Positions 41,601-54,835 of a stretch of 64,000 nt of DNA are shown piece after piece. The stretch is from contig NOWV01000001.1 of assembly GCA_003344405.1 (NCBI GenBank), forward strand, positions 186,001 through 250,000. Direction: 5' to 3'. The DNA is from Trichoplax sp. H2 (lineage: Eukaryota). The notes under the pieces were generated by a model that saw nothing but the letters and a program-made list of their open reading frames with translations, was not told the origin of the DNA and did no database searches. How positions within the stretch are numbered: position 1 is the stretch's first letter; the number at the start of each line of letters is the position of its first letter. The position numbers and the translations under genes are program-made.

Positions 41601-41733
41601 GGTTAAAAAATTTGGCGCTCAACGTTACATTGCTAATTTAGGACATGGAATTTATCCAGACGCTGAACCAGCGCAATTAGATTTTTTTGTAAGAACCGTA
41701 CATGAATATTCCAAAAAACTTACAAACACCTAA
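38658..41733 (+). CDS. UROD: Uroporphyrinogen decarboxylase, copy 1, ~11 exons
   Basis: [81 protein letters not shown] and [11 protein letters not shown] lie on in-phase GT-AG exons. Stop TAA at 41731. Confidence 0.96.
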
Positions 41734-41965
41734 CGCAGAAGTCTAGATTTGTGATTAACTAAGGAGTGGTATTTACAATATAAATTTTGGCCTCGAAGAG
41801 TGTATCTTATCACACTTGTTTATACCTTAAATTAAACAATTGCATTAAAAGGGGAAGCGAACAAATTCGATACATCAATATACTGCATTACATAAAGTTT
41901 CCAGGTTGCAGTATCAACAGTAATATCAATGCTTTTGCTACACGTTTAGGTATGATATAGCAATA

Positions 41966-44409
41966 TTACTCATCACTAGAAATAGTCCTTATTATTTCAA
42001 ATGTGCCGCATTCTTGCTCTGCTTCCCAATCAGTTTGTGATTTACTTAAGTCGATATAATCGTTTTTTTGCACTGGAGAATTCTTTACCTGCGACGAAAT
42101 TTGATTTTAAAAACGGAATATATCCATAATAAGATATCTATAGCTTACTTGAGGCGAATATGAGTTGCATTTATTACATACCATCAATATTGTATCAGAT
42201 GCTTTCCGATCAATTTTGATTAACATTTGCTATAAAAGAAAAGAAAGATGTTAATAATAAAAGAGCTAGGACGCACTAGATATAAGTAATTTACTCACTG
42301 ATTGTATTTGAAGTTTCTTATTTTGCTTTTCAAGTTCTGCCTCCATTGAGTTCAATTGCTTCTTAATCGGATCAGGTAGCTCGATATGGCTATTTCTTTT
42401 TATATTAGTAAGCATCCGTATAGCAATTACAATGCATGCAATCGGAAGTAGTGAGACTACAATAATAACAAAAATGAAAACTATTGCTATTACTGGCTGC
42501 CATAGAGGTGGAATTTTTCCTAGCAGTGGCGAAAATGATTCACCCATCAATTCAATCAAGATTCGAAAGTACTCAAATGTAGATCCCCATATACAAGACC
42601 ACAATGCCTATCGTACAGATAGCAACGATAAAAAAAGAGGCAAATAGAGTTAACTGACGTTATCAAGTATAGTTACAATTATAATTACGGTATATATTAT
42701 CATTAATACAGGAAATCTGATAGATTACTACGCACGTAATAAGCAGAGGTAATATATTTGAGCGTTCGAGAATTGTAGACATTTAATATCATCATGCGGT
42801 GTGTTAACATATAGAAATTATTTAATGAATCTAGAGTAATTACTCAATAAATGACAATTCTAAATATTCCGTTGTAAATACTTGACCTTAGACCAGCAAA
42901 TACAGTAGTTTCGGAATAATTTAATAATAATTTAGATCAACTCTGCTTGCTAAAGTCCTAGGACAGAGCAAGAGTCCTTGAAATGGGATTTGTTATTTTG
43001 TGGACATCATTTATAGCATGTGCACAGTACCATAGAACTAGCAATCATTTTGAAATAAATATTTAAGATGTTTTGACTAAAAGTACCGGTATACTGTAGA
43101 TAGGTAAAGGTAGGGTGATAATAATTTATTAATTACGGGGCAGAATTAGCAGTCGAGAACAATGAGTCATTATGCTGAGCATTTGCAAGAACCTGCTGCA
43201 GAAATATGCTACTGGATTAGGATTTAAAGTAATAACTGTAGAGCAATGTCTAGGTACCAGTACCTTGTTAGGTGTGACATCAAGAAGAGCATCTTTCATT
43301 ACGTATTTCATATTATCGGCGCAGGGATCACTGGAAACGAATAAAAATTCATACATATACTTTCCGATAGTGCCTGCAAAGGATCGTTTTAGCTCTGCTT
43401 CGCGATATCTTCGGCACTTAGTCTCTAGGCGTGAATTCAGTAAACTTTTACCTATAGCTTCTTTATATAATCGTAGCCATTCCCAAGGCCAACTGAGTAT
43501 GAGGCCAAAAACAATAAAGTAAACTACTAATGATATATAATTACCACGACAAAGAAGGAGGATAGTTGAAAATATTGCTGCAAGAACTATCAGCAATACA
43601 ACTTCAGACTTTACGTAAGAGTCAAGCATAAAACCGGAGTCTACATTAACAAATGAGAATGATTGTGGTTGTGTCCTGTCGACGATAATATTCATAATTT
43701 CATCAACACGATCTAGGTTACTGATATCGTCAATTAGCATTTCGAGTGATAGAATTTCCGATGTTTTGATGGAAGCTGATAGTGTAACCTCTTCATTCGT
43801 AGTATTTATTTTTTTAAGAACATTTATTAGGCGTTTAACAAAAGTTTGATAATAATTTGAATGCAAATATTGATTGAGAGCTGCTTGCTTGTTTAGTGGA
43901 TTACGATTACGTGAAGGTGAGTCTATATTTAAATCTGATTTGATGGATTGATCGTCAATAATGTTTAATTTATTATCTAAATGATTAGCATCTGCATGTC
44001 TATTTCCTTCCAGCTTGATTGGTTGATGGTTAGTTGCTTTGAAGTTATTATTTTTAAGATCATTTGAAGTAGAATCCTGTTGCCTATTTCTTGAGATCTT
44101 TGTTGATTGATCGTTGATTGCCTTGACATTATTTTTGACATCATTTTCAGGTGAATCTTTGAGCTCTAAATTTTTGACAGCAACATTTACAAATTTATCT
44201 CCTTTAGCTGTATAATCAGCAATACCATCAAATTCATTATCTAAATTATCCCAAATTGGTTTATTTTTCACCTGTGATTCAACTAATTGCTGATTGATAG
44301 TATCGAAGTCGTTGTCTAATGATGGTACTTTCAATTCATCGTCAGCAATAGATTGTTGAGGCAAGCCACAAATTATAGTGAATAAAAACAATCGATGGAA
44401 TAACATCAT
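41966..44409 (-). CDS. CLCC1: Chloride channel CLIC-like 1 (CLCC1/MCLC)-like ER membrane protein, 4 exons
   Basis: Exons 44409-43264, 42607-42299, 42229-42182, 42088-41966. Signal peptide, lumenal region with FVKRLINVL, two TM segments, WPWEWLRLYKEA, a Cys pair (KC...DPC), LLDVTPNKAL, and MGESFSPLLGKIPPLWQPV followed by a third TM. These match the CLCC1 family pattern as recalled. Confidence 0.78.
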
Positions 44410-45596
44410 TGCTTTGTGTCCAAAAGTTAAATTTGAACAGATAATATAGGTTATCGTCAAGAATTACTACCCTACCGAGATATTCGTACAGATGCAATAC
44501 GCTGTAATAGAATGTTCTATTCGAGCTAGATGCCGCTTTTGAAGTACTACCAGTTTAGCCTAATTGAATAATTCACTGGCGAGGAGTGCTGCTGCAATGA
44601 TATAATCTTCGTGTCAGCAACAACGGATGGTTCTTGTCTTGACTATCTTGTAGAAGATACTATAGGGAGTAAATTTACAGGCCACGAGAGATATCATTAG
44701 CCATAGATAGTCCTGAATGAAGTGATGAATAAAGCTATAACAGGTTATAACAATAATCTATCCGAGATTGCCCTGAATACGCTCTTGATTAATGAATTTT
44801 AATCAATGTTCTTCGAACGCCATTGCCACTCCATCAAGCTGCTTGGGCAAAATGTGTTGATTAGTATGATAGAAAAGTTAGTTTAGTACACGAAACTATA
44901 GACTGTGTGTTAGCATTCTTGCAAAAAAACGTATAGCGATAGTAGAGCATGTTATATATCGTGGGTTTGCGCTATGGAGTATCTCTCTTGCGACACAGTA
45001 CAAACCATTACAGTACAATATACTGTAAAAGGGGCAAGGAATTCACACAGTGACATTAGTTTTGGTAGGATAATGTCAGTTAACAAGGTTGTATCGTATT
45101 TCCGCTGCCACTATAGTCTATGTCATATAAGTCGTAACAATGAATGCGCTGTATCTGTGATGTTTGTTCTACTGGCAAAAACGATGCCACCTTGCTTACA
45201 GTTGAAAGTGGTCGCTACACGTGACATTATTTCAAATCTTTTTTTTTTTGCACTGTAGACTGGCGAGTGAAAGTAGTGTCACCCTTATAACAGTGTATTC
45301 AATACATCTTGCGACATTGCTTTTGTTGCTAAGTACTACAGTATTGAATGTACTAGCGGTAAGGCAGTCCATGATGCAATCATCCAATAGGAAAAAATTT
45401 CAGCCTTTCAAGACTCTTACTAATACCTATCTCAGGATCGGTTGTATGAGTAGTCCTATCGCAGACGCCAAGATGCACCCTAGATCGAAGCTTTTTGACC
45501 ATTTTTACCCCTCGCATCAAGCGGCTACGCGACTGCGTTTTCACAGTTACTTAGACTGGCGTCGAGGTAGGATTGCAAGATTAAAGACAAGGAAAC

Positions 45597-47043
45597 ATGC
45601 TATCGGCTCGCTTAACAAGGCAATTAGTCCGATTTAATGGACGTGTAGTGTTACAACAGAGTAGGAATTATGCTGATGCAGCACCAGCTAGCCAATTGCT
45701 GTTAACATTTGCTTCTCCCAATCAGGTAATCAATTGAACAACGTTTCTTCGCTAGCTCTTTCAATATGGCGGCCTAATCGACTCCGTATGGCGTTATTCA
45801 ACATTCTTATTTCCTTTTCATTAGGCCTTCTATAGCAAACAAAACGTCAAACAAGTTGATGTACCTTCATTTAGTGGTAACTTTGGTATCTTACCTAGTC
45901 ATGTTCCTACTATTGCCGTTATCAAGCCTGGAATTGTAACTGTATATGAAGAAGATGGAACGACTTCCAAGTATTTCGGTAACTTTCTATTAGCAAACAA
46001 TATCGACTCATAAACATACTTGATTTACTGTACTAGATAGAACAGATAGGCAAGATGACATTGCTTACTCACGAAGAATGTAGCGTCTATTTTACCTTTA
46101 TACGGTAGTACTAGTAATTCGATAGACTAAAAGTTAACACAGTACTTAAAAACTGGAGATGGATGGCATTTGTCGGCATAGATTGACTGTATCGGATACT
46201 AGTGGATTACGTAGTACAGATAGACACAAATTTAAATTCGATGTTGTTATCAAATAATAAATTGAATGCGTTTTACTTCTTTTATCCAATATAGCAAGCA
46301 GCGGTAACATTTCCGTCAATGCAGATTCAACTGTTCAAATTCTTGCTGAAGAAGCTTGTCCATTAGATCAGCTAGATGCTCAGGTACAGTAGTATATAGA
46401 CATACACCGGTATAGAATCCTTTTTCAACCTATTTGTGCTTGACGAATTGTGTTAACGTAAAGTATACTGAAATCATGTTGTATTACTGTGTAAACCTAT
46501 TACTGTACTTAGATGCTCAACTACAGTAGTATGCAGACATACACGCGTATACAATCCTTTTTCAACTTGTTTCTACTTAGCTAATTGTTAACATAAAGTA
46601 TACTAAAATCAGATTGTACGTGTATTACGCTATAAACCTATTACTTAAAAATTTCCATTAAGTTAAAACTAATTTCCTTTTTTCATAATGAATATAGAAA
46701 GAGTTAATAGCTTAATAGGATAAATTGTTGATAAAATTGTGACAATATCGTCTAAACTGACTAGGTTTACAAAGTCAATGCTATCACATTTATTACGTCA
46801 GTGTCAGTAAATAGCAGGCCCTTAGGAACGAAGTTCTATCTATAAATATGTCAAGTTGTATCCGACTTTCACCAACAGTCACAATTCTTATCGTTTCTAC
46901 TCTAACATGTGACAATCTAGGCCGCGAGAGAAGGTTTAGAGAAAGCTAACCAACAGGTTACATCGGCATCATCAGATGAAGCTAAAGCAGAAGCGCAAGC
47001 AGCCGCCGAATGCTATGAAGAAATTATCAAGGCTACTAATTAA
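45597..47043 (+). CDS. ATP5F1D: Mitochondrial ATP synthase F1 subunit delta, 4 exons (not in the ORF track)
   Basis: Exons ~45597-45725, 45825-45978, 46295-46383, 46921-47043. Arg-rich presequence MLSARLTRQLVRF..., then LTFASPNQAFY...VKQVDVPSFSGNFGILPSHVPTIAVIKPG...KYFASSGNISVNADSTVQILAEEA...AKAEAQAAAE. Confidence 0.95.
46372..46645 (+). repeat. ~138-bp tandem duplication spanning the exon 3/intron 3 junction of ATP5F1D
   Basis: tagatgctcaggtacagtagtatatagacatacaccggtatagaatcctttttcaac recurs at ~46510 as tagatgctcaactacagtagtatgcagacatacacgcgtatacaatcctttttcaac. Confidence 0.85.
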
Positions 47044-48042
47044 TTAATGTTATCGATGTAAAATTTTGTAATGAAGGCTTACCAAAGTACAAATTTAAGA
47101 TACAATTTTAACGAACATTTAGCTTCAACTTCAATAAATACCTGAAGAATCTCAAAAAGCTTCTATTACAAATTTGTCAATACCAGCGTAATATCATGGG
47201 CTGATATTTTAGCAAGTACAGTAGGTACAGGCATATTTTTGAAGACCAATACTTAGCCATGCTACGCGTGTGTGAATCTGTTTTAATTAGAACTGATCAG
47301 TTACTCATGAAATAATGGAGGTTGCTACTATACGGTCGATCCAATTCATAGCTTCGCCAATTAATCCATAACAGATATTAGAGATACACAATTCTTTCCT
47401 AATTTATATTTTTTGAACTTCATTATCGTTTATATTTACTACAGTACAACTATTCAATAGCGAGAATAGATCACTAACATTAGGAATTTCTTTCTACCCT
47501 CACTGTGAAAATTATCAGCTTGCAGTAGTAGCTGTTAGTTATATTATACATATAGAAATAGCTAGTGTGCTCATACGATTTTCGTAAATTGTTAATCATT
47601 AATTCTTAGGCATTGAAGCTACATTAACTTTTTCAAATTTTATTAATTAATTTAATTGCTTTAAAAGTTGATGGTGAAATTATAAAATATTTCAAGTATA
47701 TCAAAGTATTCAAAATCGCAATATTTACAGTACACCGTGTCCGAATTGGTAGTCACGGTAATGATGCGATCAGTTCACAGAATTGTATAACCATTATCAA
47801 CGCTAACAGATTCTCTTTTTAAAAGCAAAACGCATTTAACAAAATTTCAGTGCGGATTACACGGGTAGATAAATTACTGTATACAGAGGTAACATTGGAA
47901 GATATAGGATGCATATAAAAATGCGATAGCTATTAGTACCGGTATTGTAAAAACATTTGTTACGGCGCTAAATATCAAGAGTAAAAGAACAAAGATCTCT
48001 TGATTTCATATTTTACAAACATTACCAAACCATATTGAGTTT

Positions 48043-51000
48043 TTAGACAGCTGGCGTCTCCATTCCCTTTAACTGCATGAACGCAACTGTAGCCGGCTTC
48101 TTTTTGGAAATATTCTTTATATTGTAAGTGTTACCTATGCAAGATTCAGTATTGAAAAGTTTAAAAATCCTAGTTAAGTCTATATCAAATCACGTAACTC
48201 AAATATCAACATTGAAATATTTATACCGACAATTGCAAACAACTAACCTTCAGGTACAAAAAAGAAACTTCTTTCATTTAATATCGTCTTCTTTCGACCG
48301 ATATCAACTGCTAGCTTTCCTTTTAAGATCACGAAGTACTGTAATAAAAGAAAAAGTAATTCATCATGTAATAACATTTGATCCTAAAGCTGATGCCTAC
48401 TTACTATATACACTATATACTTACCATACGATCTTTTCGAACGAACTGTGTTCCCTTTTCCTTTTCCGGTGCTATTTCTAAAAGGCCAATTGCTCCTCGA
48501 TCATTCGTCCAAACCTTAGCCATCTTCAAAGGATCATTTTCAGTGGCTACCTCACCAGCAGGGTTTTTTAATGTTAGCATCGACTCGGTTGCTACAACAG
48601 CTGTAAATGAAAATATCATACAATCGCCTTAATAAAGGTGAGAATGGAGGGGTATGCCCAGAACCTAAGGCGTTATTCAGTAAACTTCTTTCTGTAATTC
48701 TGTCAGGAAGTACATATAACTCACTTGTAAGCACTTCTTTACTTTGCGAAGAATTAAAAACCACACCCGATGGTGTTGCTGTGGTTTCATAATCGTCTAA
48801 ACTTTCAATCTGAAGAATAAAGGAAAGAGGTTAATTTGACCCATCTCTTAGTATAATAGTGAAAAATATTTAATATTAATATAACAGCAAATGCATTTTT
48901 GAATAGATCACCTCATCTTCGCTGGACTCTGTCTTGATATCACAGTCTATGAAAGAATGAGTTAAAAAAAAGCTGAGACATAATGACAAAATATGACAAA
49001 TTTTAACCTAACAAAAATATTGCTTAAAATAAGGCGAACCATATTCATCGGATAAGACTCCTCCTTCGCCCTTTTTTCTTATTCCAACACCATTATGGCG
49101 TATTTTCTTTGATACATGAGGGCTTATAACTCCTCCAATTTGTAGTCCTGCCAATGGTATAGCATTCGATGAGTTAGCATCAATTGTAACATATTCTAAC
49201 TGAAAATCAGACACATATTTATGCGTACTACCGTACCAGACGTATTAGCTTTATATTGAATCCTTTCGCCACGCCAGTATTCTAACGTGCGTACTCTCTT
49301 GCGATTACTTCTACGAACACCAGGAGTTCTTTCATTTTTAGGTTCGACTAATGCATCGAATGAAAACGTTAGTAATTTTTCACACAGCATAGCAATGAGG
49401 AAAAGGTACAAGGTAATAAATTACTTACTGATTTTTTGAGGCTTTATAAATACTTTTTTGGCTAAATCTAAAAGCAAGGCATCATAAATTGATATTTTAA
49501 CCTACTGCAATACGATACACAAATTAAATTAATATAGTATCTAACCAAATGATTTCTTAGGCCCTGTCGAGATATGAGATGATCGATTAATGTTCTTCTT
49601 ATCTAATTCTGATGATATCACAACAGACTCATTGGTAAATACACTCGAATTAGATAATGGTATGGCAAATTTATGTCGTTTGGCTTTTCTAGTACTATCT
49701 TCTACATCTGGTGAAACTTCCACTGAACATTCCATATTATTTTCTTTCTCTGTAATACAGTATCAGTAATGATATTGATAAGCTCCATATTCAGCAATGT
49801 TTATATATCACGATTTTAGTATCAAATACGTAAATCATCTATCTCAATTCAAACTGTCTCATACAATGCATACCGTCGTCGATATTGTTATCTACGGTAA
49901 TTTCGGCAGTTGCAGCAGGGTGTACAGAAATATTGTTTTCGGCAATGTCCACATTAACAACTTCATCGTGTGTAATGTTGTCGCTAATATGCTCAATTTC
50001 TATACTTTCATTACTATTAACAGGTATTTCGTCTATAACATCGACTTCTTCAGTCATACTTTCGTTACAAGGTCTATCTTCCTCAATTTCTACAATAGGT
50101 GAAGGTGCATCATTTGATAAAGTATTGTTCTTCCCATCCTCGTCACAAGAGGAAAAGCTAATATCATTATAAGTCCTTTAAAAAGGATTAAATAAGAATT
50201 CCATTAGAATCTGCACACAGGTTACATATAATACTACTGTACTTCAACCATAGCATTGAATGATCCATATTAGCGAGTACATCTCTCTGCGTAACTAAAT
50301 TTGAGTAAAATACAGGATTCGGATCTTTTTTCTATTTATTACTAGAACATTGCTACGAAATACTACAGTGCCAATAGGATATAAAGTATGCAGAGATCGT
50401 GTATCATTACTAAATATTAGCTTAAGTAGCTAACCGTAAGCTTGTGAATTTGTCGTTGTCTTCAATTCCTACAGAAATACGTACAGATTGTCAGTAAGTA
50501 CATGTATTAGTTCAAGGTGCATAGTCTTTAGAAATACTATAATTGTACAGTATACAGTAGTTTTACTCAGCTTTAAAAATTAAACTACATTTAACAAATA
50601 GTTATATTTAATAGTTAATTTTAAGTATGAAATGTCTTTATGTACAGCAGTTGTAGAGTGTACACCATATAGTAGCACAGTAAAGAAATAATCGTAAAAA
50701 GATAATAATTTATAAGGCTTACTCTTCATAATATTCGTCGTTTTGGGCGTACTTTGAGCTCTACTATTCTTTTCATTATCGCGAGTAGGAGTAACGGTGA
50801 TATTATCTTCTATGAAATCGATATGGCTGTCACGTAATCCCGGGTCACTTTGATGCTTAGGAGTTGTTGTTAAATCAGGCAGCATTTGAGACTTCAATTT
50901 ACTACTTTTAGGAGTTGCATTGGACAGGACTGAATCGTCTATTGAACTTTCTTGTACTTTATAGCAAAATCGTAAAGAATTAAAAATAGTAAGCGATATA

Positions 51001-53200
51001 CTAAGCTCCAATTCTTCATACATAGACATCAAGGATAAGGAACGATAGAATTGATTAAGAACTAGAGAACTGCTGGTGAGAAATTATGAATCAATCATAC
51101 GTATTATAGAATATTGAATGCATAAGTCACTAGATGTGAATTTTAAATTATGTTCCAGCTGCCTTATTCATACACGTATTATAATGTTAGATTTTAATCA
51201 ACGAAGTAAAGATTTTTTATTACGACATGGCACATACTTGAATCCAAATAATCTTCGAAGAATTCAAAGCCAGCATCATCACGCCGGACTGCTTTTTTCA
51301 GACGTTTGGGTTGAGAGCTGATTAAATTAAGGTTATCATTTACTCAATCTCAATATTATTGTCCATATTCAGAATTCAGTGTATATTAATGCCCAAAAAA
51401 AGTAATTTCGAGCAAATTTCTAGTATGATACTGTGGAAATAAAACACGCATTAACATGATACAGATGAAGAAAACTTACTTAGCATTTAGCAATTTTCGC
51501 AATTTTTCTGGCAATCCTAATGATAAAGGGCCTACATGATCGAAACGTGACTAAAAAATAGTAATATACAAAATTAAGGATTTCTATATATAAAATTCTA
51601 TCTCTAACTTCAACTATGCCAAAGATCTGTAGAATCTATTGTATATTATGGTAAAGGATTACATCGTTTTACTTATTATTGTCAATAAGAATTCTTGATA
51701 TCATTGATATAATAAGACTACAAGGGTTTGATACAGATATTGGGATATAATAATTGTAGATAAAATCTGCTACACAATGCCTTCTAGTGCTCTATCAAAA
51801 AGCCTCTAATGCACGTCCCTGTAATACAGTATTGCAATTTCTTTCCATACAAATAATATATGCATAGTCCAGAGCCTATTATTAGCATCTTTTCAGGTGC
51901 AATCGCAGGTACATCTAAAAGTCCATGGCAGTAGTTATGAACAGCCATAGACTATCTAGTAGCGCATGATAAAGCCTACGACGAATTCGATATTCTAATT
52001 ATTATTCTTATTACGTCATGCCATCAGCAGTGTACGAGTACATGCTCAAGTCTAATGAGGATCAATCGAAATTACCTCATTAATAAACTACAGTATATCT
52101 AATCAATCAGTCAATACGTCAAGTTGTAGTAAGTCTCATAAATGTTACTTTCAGATTAATTTCAATAATTCTATTTTGGAATCTCTATCCAACACTTCAC
52201 TTTAGAGATGGCGAAGGATATTAAGCTTCCGATCAATAGCTATGAGTGACTACTGTAATCAATGAGGGTGATGATAACATCTACATGTCAATCCTTCTGT
52301 AGCAAATCAAGTTCTTAAATTATCGCCGCTATTTTACTACCTGTACGAATACTAGTATATTCTACAGACTGATGTGAATACAGGATGATATAACTATTAA
52401 ATTATCGAAATCTGTCATCAAGAATGGTATATAATCATATTAAAATGATAGTAAACAAATATAAAATATCCTCTTCAAGTTCATTTATTCTATAGTAAAT
52501 ATAGTCAATACAAGGAAAGTGAGGTATAATGATGACGTCGACCAGTGCAGTACGGTACAGTAGCATAGATGATTGCTGAATAGCAAAGAATTCTTGAAGG
52601 GCTCAACGTTACAAAAGAATGATGAAAGACCTCCAGAGTAAATTTGGATAAGTTTGTATCCAATTAATCCCAATCTCTGGAAGAGAAAATCTTCTCTATG
52701 TTACTATTTCTATTTTAAAGTCGTCATTTCTTAAAAGTATCCGGATAGAGAAGTGAGCGGAAGCAGTTTAAGAGCACTGTTGTAACCGACAGGAAAAGTA
52801 CACTACCGTACAGTTACTAAGTTTTGAGCCATGGAGAATACTATCGTCTAAATCTACTTTCTATTTGAAATTGTACTTAGTGCAATGAAAACGAGATATC
52901 ATCGTCAATTTTTCTTATAGATTTAAAATGGAGTTCTTGTTACTGCCTTTACTAAGATATTCAGCTTCAATGAAGGCAAGAGTCATCATCAAATAATTAT
53001 CAACAACAAGTATCTAGGCCTACAATAAGCACTAAGAAATACCATCCACTTGTCCAGCCTCTTATGGTGAAATTCAATTTGCCTCATTTTGATGATAAAT
53101 TAACCATCAAGCACTAGTTGAATTATTCTATTTTTTCTTGCAATCATTTATGTATTCCTCTTACCGGGCGACTACTTTGGCTTCGCTTTTTCTTGGGCAT
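48043..53200 (-). CDS. CENPC: Centromere protein C (CENP-C/Mif2), multi-exon; 5' exon structure uncertain
   Basis: CENP-C motif TPGVRRSNRKRVRTLEYWRGERIQY (~49330-49252). C-terminal cupin-like domain (GLLEIAPEKEKG...YFVILKGKLAVDIG...FFFVPEGNTYNIKN). N-terminal-like motif VRRDDAGFEFFEDYL (51317-51238) and an S/T/acidic disordered middle. The start at 53200 (MPKKKRSQSSRP|gtaag) is tentative. Confidence 0.85.
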
Positions 53201-54484
53201 AGCAATTGAATATTGAAAGTTTAAATGGTAGGAAATAAACTGTTGATTTTTTGAATCAAGGACATGAAGAATGATTTGATCAATCTTGAGACGAGGTGAG
53301 TGTGTATCCGAGTTTGACGCCTTGGTTTAGTCGATTTAGTCTACAGTATTACTATGATCGCAGAGGCTGTTTTCAGCGAACTTTGTACTATAGGACATTT
53401 TGTGACATCCATAGTATTGCATAGTGACCCATCACCCTGTAGCGACAGACTACAGTACGTCACCTGGACTCTCCTACAGTACTGTCGAGTACAGTGCATT
53501 GTACTGGCGTAACCCAGCCATTCAACAATGGACTCCAGTACAAAGTAGTGTAGCCTACAGTATTTTTCAAACGGCTTTTTACCTAACTGTCAAAAGTGGA
53601 GAATGACAATGCAATACAATACAATTGTGAAATTTGAATTCTCTTCGGCGGCGTTTAGTTGGCTGACGTCGCTGGTGGTGGAACACACCATTGCACAAGT
53701 GAAGTCAGCAAATACTGTACAGTCACAGTATGCGCTTCAATCTAGCTGTGAAACAGCGACCAAGCCAATGAATCGAGCGTTAAAAAGGCAAACTACCCAC
53801 ACACACTGAATATTGTAAAGTGTTGTGATTAGTGTTAGAATGCGACTTATGATTACAGTAATTTTCTATTCTACCAAGCAAAATGATCTTCTCAATGATG
53901 AAATGTTGTAATCCTATTGGAGTTGATTTACAGTTCAACTTGTTTATAAACTATACTAGTGTCGTGTAGGCCAAGAATTTGGAAGAGCCGTGCAATTTTG
54001 CCTTTCATCGTTTTCAATTTTGCTTTTTCTTTGTTGGAGAAAAGGGGATATACTGTACTGTAGCTACCAGTATACAGTACTGTAAATTCAATCAGAATTG
54101 CTGCTTTCAAATGGTGCGAAAAATTGGATCTTTTTTGTCTAATGAGTTTGCGTTTGATCCAAACTCAACGCTACACGTAGTAGTTTCAACAATTGCCATC
54201 ATTCACTGTGTTACAAAAATTGCCCATGCCGGCATACGTGTAACACATGATCGTCCGTAGAGATAAAATAAAAAATATCAAGCATTAAAATTTGCTTTTC
54301 ACTTTTTCCCTATACAATACCTTACAAGTACAGCATTATAACTATTATTATTGTACAGCGGTATACTGATCAGGATATCTACTGTATTCAGAGGCTCATT
54401 TTCTGAATGATTGTGATAGAGATGCGAAATTTAGATTGGCCATGCAGTAGCCATTATACGTATATCGATTATAATTAGCAAAGA

Positions 54485-54835
54485 ATTTGCTATCTAATAA
54501 CGAATAAACTATCGCTTTATACGTTTATGTGACACATGAGAGATTAAAATCACATATTATTTCTCATACAATACTGTAAGATTGGTCTATCGACATACAA
54601 TAAAATAGTGAACAACATCAATTGCTATTCAGAATAGTTAATGAATCGACTTTATATTATTTGCTATCTAATAACGAATAAACTATCGCTTTATACGTTT
54701 ATGTGACACATGAGAGATTAAAATCACATATTATTTCTCATACAGTACTGTAAACTTGGTCTATCGACATACAATAAAATAGTGAACAACATCAATTGCT
54801 ATTTAGAATAGTTAATGAATCGGCTTTATACTATT
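54485..54835 (+). repeat. Near-identical 174-bp tandem duplication
   Basis: atttgctatctaataacgaataaactatcgctttatacgtttatgtgacacatgagag... starts at 54485 and again at 54659, with only a few mismatches. Confidence 0.95.

Noticed and set aside
45221-45637. 138-aa ORF upstream of ATP5F1D
   Set aside because: It has a non-ATG start and no recognisable homology, and it overlaps the promoter/5' UTR and true start (45597) in another frame.
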